The notes below the pieces were generated by a model. It had not been told where the DNA came from. It saw only the letters and a program-made list of their open reading frames with translations, and ran no database searches. Shown here in pieces: positions 51,452-60,229 of a stretch of 64,000 nt of DNA; position 1 is the first letter of the stretch, and each line of letters starts with the position of its first letter. Made by a program: the position numbers and the translations under genes. Source of the stretch: an uncultured Gemmatimonadaceae bacterium (GTDB lineage Bacteria; Gemmatimonadota; Gemmatimonadetes; Gemmatimonadales; Gemmatimonadaceae); assembly GCA_963740355.1 (NCBI GenBank), contig CAVUDW010000002.1:2176001-2240000 (forward strand), given 5' to 3'.

Positions 51452-53250
51452 TGGAACGCATGCTGCGTGGATTGCCGGCCTCGCCGGGAATCGTTGCAGG
51501 ACCGGTGCATCTCCTGCGATGGGAGGTGCCTGACGTCCCGCCACGCATCGTGACCGAGGCAGAAGTCCCGCACGAACTCGAGCGCTTTCATGACGCCGTG
51601 GCACGGGCCCAGGATCGGCTTCGCCACGTGCGGGATCGCGCCGCCCATCAGGCGGGCACCGAAGAATCGATGATCTTCGAGGTGCAGATCTCGATGCTCG
51701 AGGATCGGACGCTGAACCAGGAAGTCGAGGCGTTCATCCGCGAGCGCCGTGCGGCCGAACATGCCTTCGACCTCGTGATGCTCGAGTGGCGTCGTCGATT
51801 TGGTCGCGCTTCAGCTCCAATGCTGCGCGAGCGCGTCGGCGACCTGATGGACCTGCACATCCGCGTGCTCGGCATCCTCCTCGCGCTGCCCGACAGTGAT
51901 CCGGTGGACCTGCCCAAGGGCAGCAATGCCATCCTCGTCACGCATGACCTGACCCCGTCGCTCACGGTGCAGCTCGATCGCGAGGCGATCGCGGCGCTCG
52001 CAACGGACGAAGGCACCAGCACCAGTCACGTCGCCATCCTCGCGCGTTCACTGGGACTACCGGCGGTCGTTGGTCTGCGCGACGCCACCATGCGGCTGCG
52101 CAACACCGATCGGGTGGTGCTCGACGGCACGACCGGTGTGCTGGTCGTCAATCCGACCGACGAGGAAATCTCGCAGGCCCGATTGCGCGCCGAGCAGGCC
52201 GCGATCCTCGAGGAAAGCCTGCGCTCGCAGGCCGGCGTCGCCGCACAACTGCGTGGCGGTGAGCGCATCTTTCTTCGCGCCAACGTCGACATCCCGGAAG
52301 AATCCGAGTTGGCGGCGGAAAGTGGTGCCGACGGTGTTGGACTGATGCGTACCGAGTTCGTCGTCCTGGGTCGAACGTCGATGCCAGACGAGGACGAGCA
52401 GTACCGCGCCTATCGTCGCGTCGTGGACGCATTCGCCGGCAAGCCGGTCGTCATTCGCACCTTCGACATCGGTGGCGACAAGTTGCCGGTCGGTGGATTC
52501 CCGACCGAGCCCAATCCGTTCCTCGGCTGGCGCGCGATCCGCATGTGCCTCGACCAGCCGGAATTGTTCCTGGTGCAGCTGCGCGCCTTGCTGCGTGCGG
52601 CGGCGCATGGCGACGTGCGCATCCTGCTGCCGCTCGTGGTGAGCGTCGACGAAGTGCGTCGCACTCGTGCGCTGATCGCCGAGGCGGCCCGCACGCTGAA
52701 CGAACGCGGCGCGGTGTTCCGGGACCGGGTGCAGGTCGGTGTGATGATCGAGACGCCAGCGGCCGCAGTGGCCGCGGACACCTTCGTCAATGATGCGGAT
52801 TTTTTCAGCATCGGCACCAACGACCTGGTGCAGTACACGCTGGCCGTGGATCGTGGCAACGTGAACCTCGCCAATCGGTTCACCCCGCTGCATCCGGCGG
52901 TGCTGCGGCTGATCCAGCAGACCGTGGAGGCCGGGCGGAAGCGGGGCCTCGAGGTCGGTGTGTGCGGCGAGATGGGCTCGCAGCCGCTGACGGCGTTCGT
53001 GCTGGTGGGCCTCGGTATCCGAAATCTCAGCGTGGCGCCACGCGCGGTGCCGCTGATGAAGCGCATGCTCCGCAGCGTCTCGGCCGAGTCTGCACGCGAG
53101 GCGGCAGACGCAGCGCTGGCGAGCTCGACGGCCGCAGAGGCCGAGCGGATCGTGCGCCGTCTGCTGCAAGCGGCCGCGTTTGACCTGTCGCCTGCCGAGC
53201 TTGGGTTGCTCGGCTCGGAGACCGGGGATATTTTGGGATACGCAGTCTGA
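51451..53250 (+). CDS. ptsI: PTS enzyme I
   Basis: TSHVAILAR (phospho-His), GLMRTEF, NPFLGWRAIR, MIETP, SIGTNDL, VCGEM. Confidence 0.97.
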   Translation: MERMLRGLPASPGIVAGPVHLLRWEVPDVPPRIVTEAEVPHELERFHDAVARAQDRLRHVRDRAAHQAGTEESMIFEVQISMLEDRTLNQEVEAFIRERRAAEHAFDLVMLEWRRRFGRASAPMLRERVGDLMDLHIRVLGILLALPDSDPVDLPKGSNAILVTHDLTPSLTVQLDREAIAALATDEGTSTSHVAILARSLGLPAVVGLRDATMRLRNTDRVVLDGTTGVLVVNPTDEEISQARLRAEQAAILEESLRSQAGVAAQLRGGERIFLRANVDIPEESELAAESGADGVGLMRTEFVVLGRTSMPDEDEQYRAYRRVVDAFAGKPVVIRTFDIGGDKLPVGGFPTEPNPFLGWRAIRMCLDQPELFLVQLRALLRAAAHGDVRILLPLVVSVDEVRRTRALIAEAARTLNERGAVFRDRVQVGVMIETPAAAVAADTFVNDADFFSIGTNDLVQYTLAVDRGNVNLANRFTPLHPAVLRLIQQTVEAGRKRGLEVGVCGEMGSQPLTAFVLVGLGIRNLSVAPRAVPLMKRMLRSVSAESAREAADAALASSTAAEAERIVRRLLQAAAFDLSPAELGLLGSETGDILGYAV

Positions 53251-53271
53251 CATATAAAGATTTCCTTATAC
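53206..53271 (+). promoter_or_regulatory. candidate metK promoter inside the ptsI 3' end, plus a palindromic SahR-like operator
   Basis: TTGCTC(53206)-17-TATTTT(53229); imperfect palindrome ATATAAAGATTTCCTTATAC at 53252-53271. Confidence 0.65.
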
Positions 53272-53293
53272 CTTTCTCTCCACCCCCACGGCT

Positions 53294-54490
<1,197 letters not shown>

Positions 54491-54565
54491 CAGTGTGGCG
54501 CCGGCGCCCGTCGCAATGCGGGTGCCGGCGCACTCCTGATCGATTGCATTTCCGGAGGATCGTCC

Positions 54566-55087
54566 ATGATTGAGATGCGCGTTGCGCGGCTCGGTGTGGA
54601 CAGCACCGCGAACACCTACGTCGTGGTGCTGCGCGAACTGCATGGCCCGCGCGTGCTGCCGATCTGGATCGGGCAGCCGGAGGCGGAGTCGATCGTGATG
54701 GAGTTGCAGTCCGTGACGCGCGAGCGACCGATGACGCACGACCTGGTGAAGCAGATCGTGCTCGGACTCGGTGCCATCGTCCGCCGCGTCGTCATCAGCC
54801 GCGTCGAGCGCGGGACGTACTACGCGGAGTTGCAGTTGCAACGCGGCGACGAGCTGGTCTCGGTCGATGCACGGCCGAGCGACTCGATCGCCATTGCATT
54901 GCGCACCGGTGCGGCCATCTTTGCCGCGGACGACCTGTTGGTCACGCTCGAAGATGAGGATGAGCCCCTTGCGCCACCGCCGATTCCCGACGGTGACCGA
55001 TCATCGGGCCCTGATATGAGCCCGGATGAACTCAAGGCGTATCTCCAGCGACTGCGGCCCGAGGATCTTGGCAAGTTCATGCCCTGA
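54566..55087 (+). CDS. bifunctional nuclease family protein (DUF151)
   Basis: LPIWIG..EA, RPMTHDL, DARPSDSIAIA; GGAGG RBS. Confidence 0.93.
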   Translation: MIEMRVARLGVDSTANTYVVVLRELHGPRVLPIWIGQPEAESIVMELQSVTRERPMTHDLVKQIVLGLGAIVRRVVISRVERGTYYAELQLQRGDELVSVDARPSDSIAIALRTGAAIFAADDLLVTLEDEDEPLAPPPIPDGDRSSGPDMSPDELKAYLQRLRPEDLGKFMP

Positions 55088-55091
55088 TCGC

Positions 55092-56339
55092 GTGGCGCGT
55101 CGCAGCCTGTCGCTGCCTCGCCTTTTGCAGGTGGCATTTCTGTCGCTGCTCTGTGCAACGCCCGCGCTTCGGGCGCAGGCCGCCACGAAGCCAGCTCCGG
55201 CTGATTCCGGTGTGCAACCCTCCGCGGCGCCGACGGGCAGGGCCACTGGTGCCCGCACCGTCGAAGGACGCGTCGTACGCCCTGGGGCCGAGGCCTTTGA
55301 ACCCGTCAGCGGCACCTGGGTCACGTTGCACCGCGTCGGCCGCGACAAGGCCGGTCCGCTCGACTCCGTGCGCACCGCGCCCGATGGCTCGTATCGGTTT
55401 TCCTATCAGATGACTGGCTCGGAAGACGCGATCTATTTCGTCTCCGCCAGTTATGCCGGCATCGCCTACTTCTCGTCCGGGCTCGCGCAACCGGAAGTCA
55501 CCGGGCAGGACGCCGAGATTCAGGTCTTCGACACCACTTCGACCGGGATCCGGCTCACGGTTCGCGGACGCCACATCATCCTGTCCGCCAGCACTGGCGG
55601 CACACGACGCGGCTTGATCGAGGTCTTCGAGATCACCAACGACTCGAGCAAGACGCTCATCGGCGCCAACGACAAGGCGCCAACCTTCCGCGTACGCATT
55701 CCGCAGGGCGCGCAGGATTTCAAGGTGGCGCAGGGCGATGTCCCGGCCGATGCTGTCAGTTTCGTCGATGGGCAGGTGTTGGTGCAGATGCCCTTCGCGC
55801 CGGGGTTGAAACGACTGTCGTTTTCCTACTCCGTCGACGCCGATGCATTCCCGCTCAAGGTGCCGGTGCAGTTCGCGACCGGTGTGCTCGAAGTGCTGGC
55901 AGAAGACCCGCAGGCGACGGTCACCGCGCCACGGATCGCCGAGACGGCCCCCGCCTCCATCGACGGTCGCAACTTCCGCCGCTTTCTTGGCAATGATGTC
56001 CCGGCGTCCGGTGTGCTCGAGATGGACCTGCCCGGCAGCGGACAGGCGCAGAAGACACGCATCGTGATTTCGCTCGTCGCAGCGATCGCGCTCGCCATGC
56101 TGGTGTCGCTGGCTCGCGCGTTTGGCCGACGCACCACGGCGCGGTCGCCGGGCCTCGCCTCGGCCGCCGCCGCCGATCGCGAAGCGGAACGGCTCGCGCG
56201 ACAGATCGCTGACCTCGACGCCAAGTTCGAGCGCGCGCGCGATCCCGGCGATGCGGAACGCGCAGCCTACGACGCCGAGCGCTCGCGCCTCAAGAGTGCG
56301 CTCACGTCGGCGCTCATCAGCCGCGATTCTGCGCGCTGA
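55092..56339 (+). CDS. hypothetical exported protein with beta-sandwich domains, C-terminal TM and coiled-coil tail
   Basis: Signal peptide; VEGRV...VTL...TAPDGSYRF (carboxypeptidase-regulatory-like); TM IVISLVAAIALAMLV; tail IADLDAKFE...YDAERSRLK. Confidence 0.7.
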   Translation: MARRSLSLPRLLQVAFLSLLCATPALRAQAATKPAPADSGVQPSAAPTGRATGARTVEGRVVRPGAEAFEPVSGTWVTLHRVGRDKAGPLDSVRTAPDGSYRFSYQMTGSEDAIYFVSASYAGIAYFSSGLAQPEVTGQDAEIQVFDTTSTGIRLTVRGRHIILSASTGGTRRGLIEVFEITNDSSKTLIGANDKAPTFRVRIPQGAQDFKVAQGDVPADAVSFVDGQVLVQMPFAPGLKRLSFSYSVDADAFPLKVPVQFATGVLEVLAEDPQATVTAPRIAETAPASIDGRNFRRFLGNDVPASGVLEMDLPGSGQAQKTRIVISLVAAIALAMLVSLARAFGRRTTARSPGLASAAAADREAERLARQIADLDAKFERARDPGDAERAAYDAERSRLKSALTSALISRDSAR

Positions 56340-56364
56340 TGGACATGTCTCGTCGCACCTGACG

Positions 56365-57357
56365 ATGTTCGCGCCGCGCCGTCGGCCTGCGGTGCTCTGG
56401 GGCGGCGTAGCAGTCGTGCTCGTGACGCTGATCGTCGCGAATCTCGCCATCGGTGCCGTCTCTATTGCGCCGGCTGAGGTGTTCCGCGCGCTGATGGGGC
56501 AGGGCGACGCGCTTGCGGGCACGATCGTGCGCGAACTGCGACTGCCACGTGTCGTCCTCGCCATCCTCGTGGGTGTGGCGCTCGGCAGCAGCGGTGCGGC
56601 ACTGCAGGGCACGTTGCGGAACGCACTCGCTGAACCGTACCTGCTTGGTGTCTCCGGCGGCGCGGCCGTCGGTGCGGTGCTCGCGATGACGCTGGGAATC
56701 ACATCGTCCGCCGCCATTCCACTGGCTGCCTTCGGTGGCGCCATCGCCGCCGTGCTGCTTGTGCTGGGACTGGCCGGCGCCGTCGGTGGTGCACGCGACT
56801 CACGAACGTTGCTGATGGCCGGCGTCATCATCGGCGCCTTCGCCAACGCCGTGATACTCGTCGTGCTCGCCGACCAGCCTCCGGATCGCGTGCGTGGCGC
56901 CTTGTGGTGGATGGCTGGCAGCCTCACCGACGCATCGTGGCCACGTGTCGGCTGGCTGTCAGCCTACGTGATCCTTGGGGTCGGACTCCTCGTCGCGCGC
57001 GCACGACTGCTCGACGTGCTGTCGCTGGGCGATGAATCGGCCGCCGCACTGGGTGCCGATGTCGGGCGTGCGACAAGGCAGGTCTTCCTCGTCAGCGCGC
57101 TCCTTGCCGCCGCGAGTGTGTCGGCCGCCGGTCTCGTGGGCTTCGTCGGCCTCGTCGTGCCGAATATTGCCCGGGCCTTTGGCGTGGCTCGGCACCGCGT
57201 ACTGATCGTGACGTCGGCACTGCTCGGTGCCGCGCTGCTGCTCTTCGCAGACCTGATGGCGCGCACCGTGCGCGCGCCGATCGAGCTGCCTCTCGGTGCC
57301 ATCACGGCCCTTATCGGCGTGCCGGTATTTCTGTTCCGCTTGCGTCGCGTGCGATGA
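56365..57357 (+). CDS. FecCD/BtuC-family ABC permease (iron-siderophore, heme or B12)
   Basis: LRLPRV, RNALAEPYLLGVSGGA, LGDESAAALG, GFVGLVVP, LPLGAITALIG. Confidence 0.93.
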   Translation: MFAPRRRPAVLWGGVAVVLVTLIVANLAIGAVSIAPAEVFRALMGQGDALAGTIVRELRLPRVVLAILVGVALGSSGAALQGTLRNALAEPYLLGVSGGAAVGAVLAMTLGITSSAAIPLAAFGGAIAAVLLVLGLAGAVGGARDSRTLLMAGVIIGAFANAVILVVLADQPPDRVRGALWWMAGSLTDASWPRVGWLSAYVILGVGLLVARARLLDVLSLGDESAAALGADVGRATRQVFLVSALLAAASVSAAGLVGFVGLVVPNIARAFGVARHRVLIVTSALLGAALLLFADLMARTVRAPIELPLGAITALIGVPVFLFRLRRVR

Positions 57358-58151
57358 CCTCACCAACATCGCTTCGCTTTGATGCCGTGTCGCTGGCCTA
57401 CGGCCGCGGCGACACACCAGTCGTTCGTGGCGCCACGATCACCGCGGCTCCATCGTCGATCACAGCCATCGTCGGGCCAAACGGCAGCGGCAAGAGTTCG
57501 CTGGTGCGTGGTGTGCTTGGGCTGATGCCGGAACACAGTGGGCGTATCCTGGCTGGCGATGTCGACCTCCTGCGCGCCACACCGCGAACGATGAGTCAAC
57601 TGGTGGCCGTCATGCCGCAGCGTGAGGCATTGGCCTTCCCGATGCTGGTGCGCGACTATGTCGCGCTCGGTCGGTCACCGTTCCTCGGCATGTGGGATTC
57701 GCTGACGTCGCGCGACGGCACGCTAATCCATGACGCCATGCTCCGAGCGGACGTCCTGGCGTTCGAGCATCGACGCACCGATGAACTCTCAGGCGGTGAA
57801 TGGCAGCGTGTGCGCCTGGCACGCACACTGGCCCAGGATGCGCCGATCCTGCTGTTGGATGAACCCACCACGTTTCTCGACATCGCGCACGAGATGCAGA
57901 CCTTCGAGACGCTCTCCCGGGAGGCGCGCGCCGGTCGTACCGTGGTGCTGGTGAGTCACACGCTCACGCTGGTGGCGCGGTTCGCCGACCAGATCGTGCT
58001 GATGCACGACGGTGCCGTCGCGGCGGCGGGTTCGCCGCGTGATGTGATGCAAGCCGCCACGCTCGAGACGGTGTACGGATGGCCGCTCGTGGTGTCGCAC
58101 GATCCCGCCGTCGGTGCACCGACCCTCGTACCACTGCGACGGCCGGGCTGA
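57354..58151 (+). CDS. FecE/BtuD-family ABC ATPase
   Basis: GPNGSGKS, LSGGEWQRV, LLDEPT, H-loop VSH. Confidence 0.93.
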   Translation: MTSPTSLRFDAVSLAYGRGDTPVVRGATITAAPSSITAIVGPNGSGKSSLVRGVLGLMPEHSGRILAGDVDLLRATPRTMSQLVAVMPQREALAFPMLVRDYVALGRSPFLGMWDSLTSRDGTLIHDAMLRADVLAFEHRRTDELSGGEWQRVRLARTLAQDAPILLLDEPTTFLDIAHEMQTFETLSREARAGRTVVLVSHTLTLVARFADQIVLMHDGAVAAAGSPRDVMQAATLETVYGWPLVVSHDPAVGAPTLVPLRRPG

Positions 58152-58219
58152 CACGCGTCCGGCCGATCGGGGATCGGGGCGTGCCGGGCCGCTGTGGCGC
58201 GATACGGTAGATTCCGATC

Positions 58220-58969
58220 GTGCCTCCCGTCGTCACCACCGCCATCGTCCTGCACGCGTTCAACTACAGCGAGTCATCGCGCATCCTTCGGCTCGCCACG
58301 CGTGAGGCTGGAGTGCAGTCGGTGATGGCGCGTGGCGCGCGCGCGTCGCAGCGACGCTTTGGGTCGGCCGTGGATCTTTTCGCTGAAGGCGAGGTCCAGT
58401 ACGAACTGCGCGTCGGACGCGACCTGCACACGCTGGCGCGGTTCGACGTCGTCCGATCGCGAGTGGCGCTCGGTACGTCCTTGGCGCGGTTCGAGGGCGC
58501 CTCGGCGCTGGCGGAAGTGATGCTGCGCGTGGCAGGTGAGGACGACACCCCCGCCGATGCCTTCGATGCCCTCCGCGACGGGCTCGACGCCATCGCCGGC
58601 AACCAGCATGCGACGGTCGCCAGCATTCGGGCCGTCTGGCGATTGCTGGCGACGATGGGGTTCAGCCCGGCGCTCGACAACTGCGTGCGATGTGATGTGG
58701 ACCTCCCCAGCGACCTCGATGTCGCCTTCAGTGCCGAGGCGGGCGGCGTGCTTTGCGCGCGCTGCGCGGCCGGTGGTGCCCCGTCGCGACCCCTTCCGGC
58801 CTCGGCGCGCAGCCAACTCCGAGACTGGCTGGACGGGGCCGGCGAGGAGGCGGAGGAACTCGACCTGCCCACCGAGCGAGCCCATCGCCGCCTCCTGCGC
58901 ATCTTCGTGCACGCCCACCTGACCGATGGGCGCCCGCTGCGCGCCTTCGATTCGTGGGCGACGGCCTGA
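58220..58969 (+). CDS. recO: DNA repair protein RecO
   Basis: YSESSRIL, ARGAR OB-fold, CVRC...GGVLCARC zinc finger. Confidence 0.93.
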   Translation: MPPVVTTAIVLHAFNYSESSRILRLATREAGVQSVMARGARASQRRFGSAVDLFAEGEVQYELRVGRDLHTLARFDVVRSRVALGTSLARFEGASALAEVMLRVAGEDDTPADAFDALRDGLDAIAGNQHATVASIRAVWRLLATMGFSPALDNCVRCDVDLPSDLDVAFSAEAGGVLCARCAAGGAPSRPLPASARSQLRDWLDGAGEEAEELDLPTERAHRRLLRIFVHAHLTDGRPLRAFDSWATA

Positions 58970-59079
58970 CGCTTGCACCGCCGTCTCGCCGGCGCTGGAA
59001 GCAGGAAGGCTGGGCGGGTTGCTCACCCCCACAGCCCCCGACCGGATGAGAAGGACCGGGCTGGCGGACCGTCGCTTGC

Positions 59080-59108
59080 TTGACTGCCGCCTGCGGCTAT
59101 CCTAGGCT
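59080..59108 (+). promoter_or_regulatory. candidate sigma70 promoter
   Basis: TTGACT-17 bp-TAGGCT upstream of the 59186 CDS. Confidence 0.5.
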
Positions 59109-59185
59109 CATCCTGACTCGCAGGCGCATCAATCCCCGTACTCGAGGTCGATCGGAAACCTTTCCTCGTTTGTTTGGAGTGTGGC

Positions 59186-59656
59186 ATGATCTGGCGGAGA
59201 CTCGCGCGGCAACTGGCCGTGGGGCTCGCCGTCGCACTGCCTGGTGTCGTGTCCGCCCAGACGTCCGTTGCTCCGGCTCAACCTCCGGCGCGTCTTCGGC
59301 CGGACGGCTTCGACCTCGGGCAGAGTTCTCCGAATCCCACGGCTGGTGAGACGCGGTTCCCATTCTTTGTCGGGGACCCGCCCGTCTGCCGGGACGCCCG
59401 GCGGCAGTACCGGGTGACGCTGCGGATTTACAACCTCCTCGCACAGGAGGTCGCGGTAGCCCTCCTCACAGGCCCCAACGGTGAGTTGGACGGAGCGCGG
59501 CGGTTGAATGGAGTGATGCTGACCTGCCGTCAGTATCAAGCGTATTGGGACGGCCGAGTGGATGGCACGCAGCGCGATGCGCCGGACGGCATCTATCTGT
59601 ATCGCCTCGAAGTCAACGGCCGTGCGGTCGTGAAAAAGCTGGTGGTACACCGGTAA
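59186..59656 (+). CDS. small exported FlgD-Ig/T9SS-CTD-like domain protein
   Basis: Signal peptide; LGQSSPNP, VTLRIYNLLAQEV, WDG, GIYLYRL, KKLVV pattern typical of the FlgD_ig / Por-secretion tail. Confidence 0.75.
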   Translation: MIWRRLARQLAVGLAVALPGVVSAQTSVAPAQPPARLRPDGFDLGQSSPNPTAGETRFPFFVGDPPVCRDARRQYRVTLRIYNLLAQEVAVALLTGPNGELDGARRLNGVMLTCRQYQAYWDGRVDGTQRDAPDGIYLYRLEVNGRAVVKKLVVHR

Positions 59657-59690
59657 GGGCGCGCTCCGACGACTCGGAACGCGCCCTTTC
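59655..59690. terminator. hairpin/terminator between convergent genes
   Basis: AAGGGCGCG...CGCGCCCTT inverted repeat with a short T-run. Confidence 0.6.
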
Positions 59691-59740
59691 CTGTGCTGGT
59701 TCGACCGATCGCGATCGCACCGAACCGCGTGCCCCAGCCG

Positions 59741-60055
59741 TTACCGCTTGCCCTGGCCCATTTGCATCGCCTTGAGGTCGATGGCGGACCAGAGTTGTCG
59801 CGCATGGGAGGGATGCGCGGTGAGGGTCTCGCCAAGTTTTTCGATCTGCTCCGCCGTGACGCCGCGCTTCCGGAGAACCGCGTCGCGTCGCTGCGCACGG
59901 ACGGGTGCCGTGACGTTGGGCGCATCGGCCACGAGCTTGAGCTCACTCATGACCTGCACGAATGCGCTGTCGGTCATACCTAGGTCGGCCTTTGAGCTGC
60001 GGCAGGCGGCGAGGGCGAGAAGACAGGAGACGAAGAACCAGCGAGGTCTGAGCAT
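59741..60055 (-). CDS. small hypothetical lipoprotein (DUF4296-like)
   Basis: Lipobox [17 protein letters not shown]...VLRKRGVT helical pattern. Confidence 0.65.
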   Translation of the reverse strand: MLRPRWFFVSCLLALAACRSSKADLGMTDSAFVQVMSELKLVADAPNVTAPVRAQRRDAVLRKRGVTAEQIEKLGETLTAHPSHARQLWSAIDLKAMQMGQGKR

Positions 60056-60229
60056 ACAGCGAGCGTATCGGGACCCCCCATCCCGGGGCAAGGCCTGCCA
60101 GCTCGGCGGAACTTCTGCCATGCTGACCGCCGTACGGACGGCGAGCGGCAGCCTTCCGCGGTCCCCGGGTTGCACCCTCACGACTGCACACGTTTATGTG
60201 TCGCGTACTTCTCAATCCCAAGACGCCCG

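Noticed and set aside
54498..54531. GC hairpin after metK (GCGCCGGCGCCCG / CGGGTGCCGGCGC)
   Set aside because: No T-tract and a single copy; possibly an mRNA-stabilising stem, but not callable as a terminator or REP family.
55077..56927. 616-aa minus-strand ORF
   Set aside because: Overlaps two well-formed plus-strand genes; low-information composition.
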